Assembly: GCA_030641715.1 (NCBI GenBank)
Contig: DAOWGX010000015.1
Location: 560-64,559, forward strand
DNA length: 64,000 bases
Direction: 5' to 3'
DNA from: Nanobdellota archaeon
GTDB taxonomy: Archaea > Nanobdellota > Nanobdellia > Pacearchaeales > GW2011-AR1
Of this stretch, positions 1 through 9,135 are shown piece by piece (the stretch's first letter is position 1; every line of letters starts with the position of its first letter). The position numbers and the translations under genes are program-made. The notes below the pieces were generated by a model. It was not told the origin of the DNA and ran no database searches. It saw nothing but the letters and a program-made list of their open reading frames with translations.

Positions 1-898
1 ATTCTTCCAACGATAAATCCGTCCCGCCGATAACATTAACCAACGCCCCCTTCGCGTTTTTAATATCGACATCCAAGAGCGGATTATTCAAAGCCTTGTC
101 CACAGCCTCCATAGCCCTATCGTTCGAATCCGATTCCCCCATCCCAATCAAAGAAACACCGCCATCAGCCATAATCGTTTTGATATCAGCAAAATCCAAA
201 TTCACTAATCCAGAACTCGTTACCAGTTCCGTAATTCCTTTCACAGAGTTCGTTAAGATTTCATCCGCAACCTTAAACGCCGTCGGAAGTGGTAAGTCCG
301 GCGCAAGCTCCAATAGCTTATCATTAGGAATCACAATCAAAGTATCAACAATCCCTTCCATCCTCTCAAGACCTTCCATCGCATTCTCAATCCGCTTCGC
401 CCCTTCGACGGTAAACGGCAACGTTACGACACCAATCACTAAGGCTCCTTGTTTCTTTGCGATTTCTGCTATGATTGAAGATGCACCTGTCCCGGTTCCG
501 CCACCAAGTCCGCAAGTCACAAAAACCAAATCAGAATTCCCCAACTTTTTCTTAATTTCCTGCTGCTGTTCCTTCGCAGCCTCCGCCCCAATCCTCGGAT
601 TCGACCCCGCACCAAGACCCTTCGACAACTCCCTCCCAATCAAAATCTTCTGGTCTGCATTCGCATAAAGCAAATCCTGCGCGTCAGTATTTATCGCAAT
701 AATCTCACCACCCTTAATCCCAATTTCCCTCATCCGAGAAACAGTATTCCCCCCAGCCCCGCCGACGCCAACGACCTTAATCCTCGCGGATTGCCTCTTC
801 AAAATCTCCTCTAATTCATGGTCTATCTCCGAATTCGCATCTCTCCGGGGGATGGGATAAATTTCAGAGACACCCCCCTCTTTTAGTATATCTTCCAT
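1..898 (-). CDS. ftsZ: Cell division protein FtsZ (3' end runs off the window)
   Basis: Manual translation from ATG at 898: ...[14 protein letters not shown]...INTDAQDL...GLGAGSNP...GLGGGTGTG (tubulin signature)...NLDFAD. Missed by the ORF track because there is no stop in the window; the 96..668 + ORF is its antisense shadow. Confidence 0.97.
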   Translation of the reverse strand, partial: MEDILKEGGVSEIYPIPRRDANSEIDHELEEILKRQSARIKVVGVGGAGGNTVSRMREIGIKGGEIIAINTDAQDLLYANADQKILIGRELSKGLGAGSNPRIGAEAAKEQQQEIKKKLGNSDLVFVTCGLGGGTGTGASSIIAEIAKKQGALVIGVVTLPFTVEGAKRIENAMEGLERMEGIVDTLIVIPNDKLLELAPDLPLPTAFKVADEILTNSVKGITELVTSSGLVNLDFADIKTIMADGGVSLIGMGESDSNDRAMEAVDKALNNPLLDVDIKNAKGALVNVIGGTDLSLEE

Positions 899-1067
899 AA
901 TTAAATTCCGTCATAAGAGTTTTTAAGGATTTAGAGCATTTAGTAGATATAATCCCTGTTAAATATAATTATTGCTCGGGAGAATAATTATCTATTTTTA
1001 AAGTGATAGAAAATGTATATTCTAGAATGATAATTCTTTTAAATAGATTTGATGTCTTATTATAATC

Positions 1068-1556
1068 ATGGTAATAACAACAGAAAAACTTAACAAAATT
1101 GTAAGTCATTACGGTAAGTTGAGCAAACAGAAATGGAGTCCAGATATTATTTTAGAAGATGTAGCGAGGATAGATGTTCAATATGTAGGTAAGGATGAAA
1201 AACTTGTTTCTCATATTAAGTCTATTGAGGGTGATAAACAATTTCTCATAGGGGATGAATTCTATTTTAATACGGCTACCAATAGAAATAGATATTTAGC
1301 CACAGCCCCCTTTGGCATTGTAGCTTCCCGTATCGCAAAAGATAATGGTGTTCAAATTGATTTTAGAACTGAAGATAAATATTGTCATCATGGCAACGTT
1401 TTTTTATTTTATTCAAGTAAGCCTGAAATTTGTAGTCTAACAAAAGAATCCGAAAATTTTAAAATTATTGAAAATCAATTAAAAGGGGTTATCAAGTCTC
1501 AGAATAGATTAAATGAGATAGTAATAAAAGAAGCAGATAGATTATACAATTTATAA
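1068..1556 (+). CDS. Hypothetical protein
   Basis: 162-aa ORF with TTTTAAAT box about 25-30 nt upstream; no motif recognised. Confidence 0.7.
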   Translation: MVITTEKLNKIVSHYGKLSKQKWSPDIILEDVARIDVQYVGKDEKLVSHIKSIEGDKQFLIGDEFYFNTATNRNRYLATAPFGIVASRIAKDNGVQIDFRTEDKYCHHGNVFLFYSSKPEICSLTKESENFKIIENQLKGVIKSQNRLNEIVIKEADRLYNL

Positions 1557-1581
1557 CTAATTTTTTGTAATAATAGTTCTG

Positions 1582-2232
1582 CTAATTATCTCTATTCTTC
1601 TCAACAACCTCAGCCCCAACCTTCAACCCCAAAATCTCCTCGAACTTCGGCGCAAACATTTTCACAAACGGCTCCATCTGTTTCTCAACCTTAAACGTAA
1701 CAATCTCGCCCTTCACATCAAACTCAAACTTTTTCCTAAACAAAAATTCCTGAAGCGCATCAACCTTCTCTTTCTCATCAGTTACAATTTTCCCAATCTT
1801 ATACTTATAAGTCACCTTCTTCCCCGCCAAAGGATTATTAAAATCGACCAAAGTTCTTCCCCTGTCGCTTGACAATATTCTCACCAGTTGCCCGTCGAGT
1901 GAAAGTTGCATACCTCGTTGCGGGTCGATTTTTTGCTCATGAAACAACTTCGTCGGAATCATCCGAACCATCTGAGGATTTCGTTTTCCAAAAGCATTTT
2001 CTGGTTGAATATCAATAGAATAAATTTTTCCAATCTCTTTTCCCTCGAGATCCTCATCAAAACCTTTCGGCAACATTTTATGACCCACAGAAAGAACAAA
2101 AGGTTTTATATCCTTAACATCTAACCCAGCCTTCTCAGCATCAGCTTTTATATTCGTATCGAAAACTTCATCAGTACCTGTGATTCCCCCAGTAAACTCA
2201 ACTTCGATAAAATCGTTTTTCTTAATTGCCAT
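1582..2232 (-). CDS. slyD: FKBP-type peptidyl-prolyl isomerase (SlyD / long-type archaeal FKBP)
   Basis: DFIEVEFTG...VFDTN...PENAFGKRNP...VDFNNPLAGK motifs. Confidence 0.93.
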   Translation of the reverse strand: MAIKKNDFIEVEFTGGITGTDEVFDTNIKADAEKAGLDVKDIKPFVLSVGHKMLPKGFDEDLEGKEIGKIYSIDIQPENAFGKRNPQMVRMIPTKLFHEQKIDPQRGMQLSLDGQLVRILSSDRGRTLVDFNNPLAGKKVTYKYKIGKIVTDEKEKVDALQEFLFRKKFEFDVKGEIVTFKVEKQMEPFVKMFAPKFEEILGLKVGAEVVEKNRDN

Positions 2233-2305
2233 ATTGGTTTGGAGAAATAGAGGTTTTTAAGTTTATTGTGCAAAGTTTTATAAATGATTTTTTTTTCTGA
2301 TGAAT

Positions 2306-2695
2306 ATGGTATCTAAAGTTATTGATGCGACGGAAATGCGTGTCGGCACGTACATTATAATTGACGGTGGAGTTTATCAAGTTAAGAAAATGGACGTCTC
2401 TAAAACCGGAAAACATGGACACGCGAAAGTCCGGTTCGAAGCTGTCTCGATTTTAACCGGGAAAAAGAAAGTTCAAGTTGTTCCAGGACACGATAGATTT
2501 GAAGTCCCAATGATTAACAAAAGACAGGGACAAGTTTTGTCAATCAATGGAGAAACAGCGAGCATTATGGATAGCGAGAATTTTGAGAACTATGACTTGA
2601 TAATTCCTGAAGATTTGAAAGATTCCGTTACTGACGGCGTGACTGTCGAATACTGGGATGTTGAAGGCGATAAATTAATCAAGAAGGTGATGTAA
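2306..2695 (+). CDS. eif5a: Translation factor aIF5A
   Basis: SKTGKHGHAK hypusine-site motif. Start is 2300 or 2306; 2306 fits the TTTATAAA box spacing. Confidence 0.96.
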   Translation: MVSKVIDATEMRVGTYIIIDGGVYQVKKMDVSKTGKHGHAKVRFEAVSILTGKKKVQVVPGHDRFEVPMINKRQGQVLSINGETASIMDSENFENYDLIIPEDLKDSVTDGVTVEYWDVEGDKLIKKVM

Positions 2696-2859
2696 TGGCT
2701 GTAAAACTTCCAGCTGCGCAAAACAGATTATACAAGAATGCATTTGTATGTAAAGTTTGTAAACACAAAATGAAACTTGAGTCCTTAAAAATTTTGACAG
2801 GAAAAGCGCGATGTCGAAAATGCGGTGGACGAGATTTCCGACCTGTCAGAAAGAAATAA
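2695..2859 (+). CDS. rpl40e: 50S ribosomal protein L40e
   Basis: 54-aa ORF below the track cutoff: MAVKLPAAQNRLYKNAFVCKVCKHKMK...RCRKCGGRDFRPVRKK (C4 zinc ribbon); TAATG coupling to aIF5A. Confidence 0.9.
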   Translation: MAVKLPAAQNRLYKNAFVCKVCKHKMKLESLKILTGKARCRKCGGRDFRPVRKK

Positions 2860-2949
2860 TTGTTTGCCCAAAATTTCTACTTATTACATTCAGATTATTA
2901 AAAATAAAACTGACAGTACCTATATAAACCTTAGAAATAATATTTTAAC

Positions 2950-4329
2950 ATGGTGAGTTTTTGGGTTTATGATGTCGGGTTTATGATTTTGTTTAGCATA
3001 TTTGTAGCCTGGTTTCTTTCCTCTCGGAAAAAAAGTTTAAGTCGTGAAGGAATTATTTTTATGTATCGAACAAAATTTGGGATGAAGGCGATAAATTATG
3101 TCGGAGATAAATTTAAGAGACTATTGCATGGATTAAAATATATCGTTGTTGCCGTCGGTGTTGCGTTGATGGGTGTGATGATTTGGATGCTGGGACAAAC
3201 GCTTTCGATTTATATTATGAATCCAGAGATTACAAAAGTGATTAAAGCCCCTCCGATTGCGCCGCTAATTCCATATTTCCCTAAGCTGTTTGGAATGGAA
3301 AGCTTTTTCCCGCCATTTTATTTTACTTATTTTATTGTAGCTTTAGCGATTGTCGCGATTGTTCATGAATTTTCTCACGGAGTTTTTATGAGACTGTTTA
3401 AGATTAAAATTAAGTCGACAGGTTTAGTTTTTCTCGGTCCAATTTTAGGAGCATTTGTCGAGGAGGAAAAAAAAGGATTTGAAAAAAAGAAAACATTAGA
3501 ACAGATGACAGTTTTAGGAGCCGGGGTTTTCGCGAATCTTATTTTTGCGTTGATATTTTATGGACTTTACGTTCTGTTTTTCTTCTCGTCGTTTGCCGCA
3601 TCAGGATACATATTTAACACCTACGCTTTGTCCGCAGTCCCGTTAGAAAACATCACTGGCTTTGGTTATCAGGATAATTTAACAACAGTCTTAACTACAA
3701 ACGGAACCTTTTATATGGACAAGCGTTTAGAGGTACAATTGAATCAGAGCAATCGAGATTTTTTGATTGTTTATCCCGAAGCACCAGCAATCTTAGCGCA
3801 GATGCGTGGAACGATTATTCAGGCAGACGATGTAAAGATTATGAATCAGGAAAATCTAATAGAGTTTTTACAAAGTAAGGAACCTGGCGACGAAGTTAAG
3901 TTTGTAACAGAAAATGACGACGGAATCCATGAGTATATTTTTAATTTAGGCTCTCACCCTCAAGATAGTAGTATACCCTACCTAGGCGTTGGGAATTCTA
4001 ACGTTGAACCAAAAGGGTTTATTCAGAAAATTTTAATAGGATTTATGTCATTCAAAGATTCTTCTACATTGTATAAGCCGACGTGGGATGGTGAGTTTGT
4101 TTACTTTATCTATCATTTACTTTGGTGGGTGATGGTCCTTAATCTACTTGTAGCGTTATTTAACATGATGCCCCTCGGAATGCTTGATGGCGGAAGATTC
4201 TTTTATCTTACAATCTTATCAATCACCCGCTCAGAAAAAATCGCGAAACAAGCGTTTAAATTTGCAACCTATGCGATTTTGTTTGTGTTCCTTTTATTAA
4301 TGTTCGTTTGGTTTATCAGAATTATTTAA
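2950..4329 (+). CDS. Site-2 protease family (M50) membrane metalloprotease with PDZ-like insert
   Basis: HEFSH zinc motif, GAFVE, FNMMPLGMLDGG, multiple hydrophobic segments. Confidence 0.93.
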   Translation: MVSFWVYDVGFMILFSIFVAWFLSSRKKSLSREGIIFMYRTKFGMKAINYVGDKFKRLLHGLKYIVVAVGVALMGVMIWMLGQTLSIYIMNPEITKVIKAPPIAPLIPYFPKLFGMESFFPPFYFTYFIVALAIVAIVHEFSHGVFMRLFKIKIKSTGLVFLGPILGAFVEEEKKGFEKKKTLEQMTVLGAGVFANLIFALIFYGLYVLFFFSSFAASGYIFNTYALSAVPLENITGFGYQDNLTTVLTTNGTFYMDKRLEVQLNQSNRDFLIVYPEAPAILAQMRGTIIQADDVKIMNQENLIEFLQSKEPGDEVKFVTENDDGIHEYIFNLGSHPQDSSIPYLGVGNSNVEPKGFIQKILIGFMSFKDSSTLYKPTWDGEFVYFIYHLLWWVMVLNLLVALFNMMPLGMLDGGRFFYLTILSITRSEKIAKQAFKFATYAILFVFLLLMFVWFIRII

Positions 4330-4412
4330 TAAACTATTTAAAGTGACTTATCGTTAATAAATCGGGATGTTTAGTTCAAGGGATCCCTAACTAAATAAAC
4401 TGAGGTGAAAAC

Positions 4413-4592
4413 ATGGCTTTACCAAAAACTCCAAAACAGTGCGACATTAAGATTAAATCTCTTAAAAAACAAGTCACTGCTATGGAAAAAAGAAGGAAGA
4501 CTCTTGCTACTACTAAGAAACCCGTTAAAAAGAAAGTAGTGAAGAGAAAACCTGCTAAGAAAAAAGTAACTCGAAAGAAAAAGAGAAGGTAA
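4413..4592 (+). CDS. Small Lys/Arg-rich protein (histone-H1-tail-like), 59 aa
   Basis: Strong SD GAGGTGA at 4402-4408, ATG 4413, stop 4590-4592, T-rich tract downstream; 27 of 59 residues are K/R. Below the ORF-track cutoff. Confidence 0.8.
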   Translation: MALPKTPKQCDIKIKSLKKQVTAMEKRRKTLATTKKPVKKKVVKRKPAKKKVTRKKKRR

Positions 4593-4657
4593 ATAAACAA
4601 ATTTTTATTTTTATTTTTTTTGATTAATTTTATAAATGATCTCCTTATTTTTTTATT

Positions 4658-5653
4658 ATGGGACCTAGTAGCATTAAAAAAGCCAAGGAGAAACTGGAGG
4701 AAGAAGGTTACGGCATAGTTGGAAATCATAGTGCTGTAAAGATTTGTCTTTGGACAAAGCATGCCATTCGAGGAGACGCGAGTTGTTGGAAAGAAAAATT
4801 TTATGGTATTGGTTCTGCAGGTTGTTGTCAAATGACCCCGAGTTTGTTTCACTGCGAGAACAAATGTCTTCATTGCTGGAGAAATTTAGATTATACTTCG
4901 AACGAAAAAATAAAAGATGTCGACAATCCAAAAGAAATTCTCGACGGGATTGTTGAAGCAAGGAAGAAGTTGTTGACAGGTTTTAAAGGTCGGAAAGGAA
5001 TTGATTTGAAAAAGTTTGAGGATGCACTTGAACCAAAGTTGTATACAATGAGTTTGTCGGGGGAGCCGACGCTTTATCCTCGATTGGGCGAGATGTTCAA
5101 AGAAATCCGTCACCGAAAAGCCGTTTCGTTTCTAGTTACAAACGGTCTGAACCCCGAAGTAATCGCAGAGTTTAGAGACGACGAACTACCAACACAGATT
5201 ACAGTTTCGACGAATGCCCCGAACGAAAAGCTGTTTAAAATTTGGCATCGGTCGACGAAAAAGAATGCTTGGAAGGAATTTAATAAAACTTTGGAAGTGA
5301 TTAAAAATTTAAAAGGAAAGGTTAGAAGAGTGATTCGATTGACGTTGGTTAAGGATGGAGAAGAGGGAGAGTTTAACGAGGTGACGAATATGACTAATGA
5401 GAACGTTGAAGAATATTGTAATTTAATTAGAAAGGCGGAGCCAGATTTTATCCACGTTAAAGGATTCAAAAGCGTAGGCTACTCTAGAAAAAGAATGGGC
5501 TATGATAACCAACCTTGGTTTAAGGAGGTTAAGGGGTATTCCGAGAAGATTAAGGAAGGGTTGGACAGATATGAAATTGCTGGAGAAGACGAGAGAAGTT
5601 GTGTTGTTATGTTAGCAAAGAAAGGGTGTGAGCTGAAGATTATACGAGTCTGA
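4658..5653 (+). CDS. taw1: 4-demethylwyosine synthase (radical SAM, TYW1/Taw1)
   Basis: HSAVKICLWTK, CWKEKFYGI, CCQMTP, CENKCLHC, SLSGEPTLYP. Confidence 0.95.
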   Translation: MGPSSIKKAKEKLEEEGYGIVGNHSAVKICLWTKHAIRGDASCWKEKFYGIGSAGCCQMTPSLFHCENKCLHCWRNLDYTSNEKIKDVDNPKEILDGIVEARKKLLTGFKGRKGIDLKKFEDALEPKLYTMSLSGEPTLYPRLGEMFKEIRHRKAVSFLVTNGLNPEVIAEFRDDELPTQITVSTNAPNEKLFKIWHRSTKKNAWKEFNKTLEVIKNLKGKVRRVIRLTLVKDGEEGEFNEVTNMTNENVEEYCNLIRKAEPDFIHVKGFKSVGYSRKRMGYDNQPWFKEVKGYSEKIKEGLDRYEIAGEDERSCVVMLAKKGCELKIIRV

Positions 5654-5660
5654 GAATATA

Positions 5661-6344
5661 TTAATCTATATCCTTATCTATTACCACAACCCGGAAATTT
5701 GGAGCAGAAGACGCTAAGTTGAGCAAATTGGAGTCCAGGCCTCCTTTTTCTTTGATATACAATCTCGAAAAACCACCATCTCCCGTATAGAGAGTTCTGT
5801 TTCCGTTTTTATCAAAAATTGGAATTCCTCTTTCATCAGTTTTTGAAAACGTCTTTCTATTATTTCGATGGCCTAACTCTGGAGCATCATAAACCTCTGT
5901 TTTATTAGTCGTTTTAAATTTTAATCCATAAACAGATTCTGCAGATTCTTCAATACCTAAATTAGTTACAACTACTGGATTTCTTAAATATTTTTTCCCA
6001 ATTTGTTTTGCTAAGTCCCTTGCTAAAAAATCAACTGACTTACAAGAATCTCCTATCCTCCTCAAAACAACAACAGGAGCATCAACACAAAATCCTGAAA
6101 TCCAATCTTTATTCTCCTCCGCAATAACTCCCAGATCTGACAAACTAGCAACATTAACTCCTTGATTTTGTAATTCTATAATCTTAAATAAATTCGAAGG
6201 CGCTTTCAAAACCCTCCCTCCCCTTTCCGAAAAATATTTTTCATTTACAGTTCTGTTATACTCTGTTTCTTCATCTACAGACAAAAATCTCACATTAGGC
6301 AAAGTCAGATTTCTAGGAGTTACGGTCCTATAATTTTGTCCCAT
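5661..6344 (-). CDS. Hypothetical protein; C-terminus resembles DPANN DGR variable-protein (CLec-type) ends
   Basis: 227-aa ORF ending GFSRLYIKEKGGLDSNLLNLASSAPNFRVVVI; family assignment is from recalled pattern only. Confidence 0.65.
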   Translation of the reverse strand: MGQNYRTVTPRNLTLPNVRFLSVDEETEYNRTVNEKYFSERGGRVLKAPSNLFKIIELQNQGVNVASLSDLGVIAEENKDWISGFCVDAPVVVLRRIGDSCKSVDFLARDLAKQIGKKYLRNPVVVTNLGIEESAESVYGLKFKTTNKTEVYDAPELGHRNNRKTFSKTDERGIPIFDKNGNRTLYTGDGGFSRLYIKEKGGLDSNLLNLASSAPNFRVVVIDKDID

Positions 6345-6362
6345 AATTTTTAAAGTAATACC

Positions 6363-6716
6363 TCACAACATCACAACCCCGTCTTTAGTCAAAGCCGTGA
6401 ACCTAACACCGACGGGCAAACCCAACAACGCAGACTGCAACGCCATGTGTTCCTTCCCGTTCCCCGACGCTATCGAGAGCGCAACCTCAAGCCCTCCGAA
6501 TTTCCCTTCAAGTTTTTTCGCAAATTCCTTTTTTAACTGTATTAAAGATTTATCCGAATCGAACTCAACGAAATCAAAAGGAACTCCCGGAACACTAAAC
6601 TCCCTCGCGAACGAAGTCCCAACAACTATAATCCTCTCCCACTCACCTTTTTTCATCAGACCAGCGACCTGCCCCCAAGTCCCCTTTCCTGTGGATAGTA
6701 GTGCTACAAGTTCCAT
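6363..6716 (-). CDS. Hypothetical protein, possibly stand-alone CARF-like Rossmannoid domain
   Basis: 117 aa; N-terminal strand LVALLSTG and later VALSIASGNGKEHMAL resemble CARF motifs I and II. Confidence 0.65.
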   Translation of the reverse strand: MELVALLSTGKGTWGQVAGLMKKGEWERIIVVGTSFAREFSVPGVPFDFVEFDSDKSLIQLKKEFAKKLEGKFGGLEVALSIASGNGKEHMALQSALLGLPVGVRFTALTKDGVVML

Positions 6717-6800
6717 AAACCTTCCCCGAGTAATCCATATTTAAGGATTGTTGTGATGAAAAGTAAGTTTTATAAACTAAACTTTCACCTAAATTACACT

Positions 6801-6842
6801 ACTGTTAGTAGTAGACGAAAGTCGAAAATAAATTCTAACAGT
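6801..6842 (+). promoter_or_regulatory. Structured 5' leader of the rpl1 operon
   Basis: ACTGTTAG (6801-6808) pairs with CTAACAGT (6835-6842), enclosing AGTA-GAC-GAAA-GTC-GAA; TTTATAAA box at about 6769-6776. Confidence 0.5.
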
Positions 6843-6851
6843 TTTAACAAC

Positions 6852-7472
6852 ATGGAGATTAAAAAAGCATTAGCAGAATTACGAAAAGAAAAGAAAAGAA
6901 AGTTTGTCCAAACAGTGGACTTAGTTATGAACCTAAAAAATTTCGATGTTAGAAAAGAAGCCTTAAACACATTCGTTTCGATGCCACATCCTAGCGAAAA
7001 AAAGTTAGCGGCGTTTTTTACAAAGAAGTCAAAGTTAATCGATACGATTACCGAGGAAGATTTCGTTAAATATAAAGAGATGAAAGAAATTAAAAAACTT
7101 GCGAAAAAATATGACGCTTTTATCGCAGTCGCTCCGATGATGGGAAAGATTGCTACTAAGTTCGGCCGAGTTTTTGGTCCAATGAATCGAATGCCAAGTC
7201 CTCAGGCAGGAATCATTCCTCAGGAAAAAGACGAGATGATTAATGCGATGATTGGGAAAATGAAAAAATCTATCCGAGTTAAGAATAAAGAGATGGCAAT
7301 CAAGTTGGCTGTTGGTAAGGAAAATATGGGTGATGAAGAGTTGGAGGAAAATATTACTGCAGTTATCAAAGGACTTGAAAAAGTTTTGCCGAGGGGCAGG
7401 GATAATGTTAAAGAAGTTTTGATTAAGTTTACTATGACTAAACCAATTACAATTGTGGAGGCAAAGAAATAA
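6852..7472 (+). CDS. rpl1: 50S ribosomal protein L1
   Basis: KRKFVQTVDLVMNLKNFD...GRVFGPMNRMPSP...IKFTMTKP; true start is ATG 6852. Confidence 0.96.
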   Translation: MEIKKALAELRKEKKRKFVQTVDLVMNLKNFDVRKEALNTFVSMPHPSEKKLAAFFTKKSKLIDTITEEDFVKYKEMKEIKKLAKKYDAFIAVAPMMGKIATKFGRVFGPMNRMPSPQAGIIPQEKDEMINAMIGKMKKSIRVKNKEMAIKLAVGKENMGDEELEENITAVIKGLEKVLPRGRDNVKEVLIKFTMTKPITIVEAKK

Positions 7473-7792
7473 TGGTTGATGAGAACAAGAGAACTCTTTT
7501 GATTGTAGAAGATGATCGGGGCGTATTAGATGCGTATGAAACGGCATTTGGCAGAAAATACAATGTAACCTCTGTTTTTCATCCTAATGAAGATATTCCT
7601 CTAAAGTATTATGATTTGGCCATACTAGACGGTCTAAAGGGGGATTGCATAGATGTGGCGAAAAGAATAAAGGCTGGAAAAACGATTGTTATATCTGGTG
7701 ATCCCAATATGCTCAAGAAGGCAGATGAGGCTGGTTTGATGACTGGGGAGAAACCTATATCTTGTAATAAACTTGAGGAGATGTTAAGATAA
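7472..7792 (+). CDS. Single-domain response regulator receiver (REC) protein
   Basis: LLIVEDD, DLAILDG (phosphoacceptor Asp), VISG (Ser), EKP (Lys-Pro): all canonical REC residues present. Confidence 0.88.
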   Translation: MVDENKRTLLIVEDDRGVLDAYETAFGRKYNVTSVFHPNEDIPLKYYDLAILDGLKGDCIDVAKRIKAGKTIVISGDPNMLKKADEAGLMTGEKPISCNKLEEMLR

Positions 7793-8682
7793 TGGTAGCA
7801 CAAAAAGAAACTCACGTAGCAGAAGCGAAGAAGCAGAAGGTCAAAGAGTTAGCTGAACAGATGAAAAGAAAGACCGTTATGATTATCTCAATCAAAGGCT
7901 TGCCGTCAGCACAGTTCCAAGATATTAAAAAGAAATTGAGAAGCAAGGCAAGAATTCAAGTTGCCAAAAAAAGTTCGGTAGATTTCGCACTTGACCATTG
8001 TGGGATAAAAGAACTCCACGGATTAGTTCAGTATGTTGACGACTCGACCGCCTTGCTGTTCTCCGACGTCGACGCATTCGAAATTTCCGGAATTCTCGCC
8101 GACGAAAAAAGTCCGGCGAAAGCAAAAGCTGGACAGATTGCTCCAAGCGATATCGAAGTTAAAGCAGGACCTACAGAACTGATTCCAGGTCCGGATATTT
8201 CTGCGTTGAGTGCCGTGGGGTTAATACCAAAAGTAGAAAACGGAAAAATCGCAGTTATGCAGGACAAAGTCATAGTCAAAGAAGGCGGAGAAATAACAGA
8301 AGCCCTAGCGTCGATTATGGCAAAGCTAGATATCATTCCTTTCGAAGTTGGAGTTGAACCCGTCGCCGCTTACATGGATGGAAAAGTTTATGCGAATATT
8401 AAAATTGATAAAGTTGCGACACTAATTGAACTTGAAGAAAGTTTCGGACGCGCAATTGCATTCTCCGTCGAGCTAGGAATTATAAACGATTCGACAATAG
8501 ATTTTATCATTGGAAAAGCAGGGGTGGAAGGAAATGCCATTGATGTCCTAATTAGCGAAGAGAAAACAGAAGAAGCGTCCACAGAAGACGATAAAAAAGA
8601 AGAAGTCGTCGGGGAAGAAAAGAGCGAAGAGAAAGCAGAGGATAATACTGAAGAAGTAAAAACTTCGGAGGAAACAGAATAA
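7792..8682 (+). CDS. rplP0: 50S ribosomal protein L10/P0
   Basis: GLPSAQFQDIKKKLR, AKAGQIAPSDIEVKAGPT, acidic C-terminal tail. Confidence 0.96.
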   Translation: MVAQKETHVAEAKKQKVKELAEQMKRKTVMIISIKGLPSAQFQDIKKKLRSKARIQVAKKSSVDFALDHCGIKELHGLVQYVDDSTALLFSDVDAFEISGILADEKSPAKAKAGQIAPSDIEVKAGPTELIPGPDISALSAVGLIPKVENGKIAVMQDKVIVKEGGEITEALASIMAKLDIIPFEVGVEPVAAYMDGKVYANIKIDKVATLIELEESFGRAIAFSVELGIINDSTIDFIIGKAGVEGNAIDVLISEEKTEEASTEDDKKEEVVGEEKSEEKAEDNTEEVKTSEETE

Positions 8683-8973
8683 ATGGAATACACATATGCG
8701 GCACTTTTGTTGCACAAGGTTGGAAAGGATATCAACGAAGATAACTTGAAGGCTGTTATTTCCGCGACTGGCGCCGAGGTTGACGAAGCGAAGGTTAAGG
8801 TAATGGTAGCGTCTTTAAGTGGCGTCGATATCGCAGACAAACTTGCGAATGCATCCATCGCAGCAGCTCCGGCAGCTGGAAATGCAGAAGCAGCAGAAGC
8901 ACCTAAAGAAGAAAAGAAGAAAGAAGAACCAAAAGCCGAGGCGGCTGAAGGTTTGGCTTCGTTGTTCGGATAG
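8683..8973 (+). CDS. rpl12: 50S ribosomal protein L12/P1
   Basis: [11 protein letters not shown]...[10 protein letters not shown]. Confidence 0.97.
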   Translation: MEYTYAALLLHKVGKDINEDNLKAVISATGAEVDEAKVKVMVASLSGVDIADKLANASIAAAPAAGNAEAAEAPKEEKKKEEPKAEAAEGLASLFG

Positions 8974-9135
8974 ATTCGTAATTGAATTTTGAGATGGCGA
9001 AGTCTTAGTTGGCTTTGCTGTTATTCGGAAGCGAGGTCGTTGTGGCTTGGCTTTCGGAGATGGTGGAGGAATAACATTAGTATGCTTATAACAAAGCATT
9101 CTGTTAAGTGGAATTAAGAGCGTCCACATTTTAAC

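Noticed and set aside
96..668. 190-aa plus-strand ORF
   Set aside because: Antisense shadow of ftsZ.
4391..4873. 160-aa minus-strand ORF
   Set aside because: Antisense to the basic mini-protein and taw1; the Phe-rich sequence mirrors Lys codons.
6801..6830. Hammerhead-like look (stem-GAAA-stem followed by GAAA)
   Set aside because: No CUGANGA core; kept only as a structured leader.
8990..9070. G/T-rich tract after rpl12 with short repeats (GAGATGG, TTGGCTTT); considered as ncRNA or DGR template
   Set aside because: No convincing fold, not AAC-rich, and no real alignment to 5670-5790.
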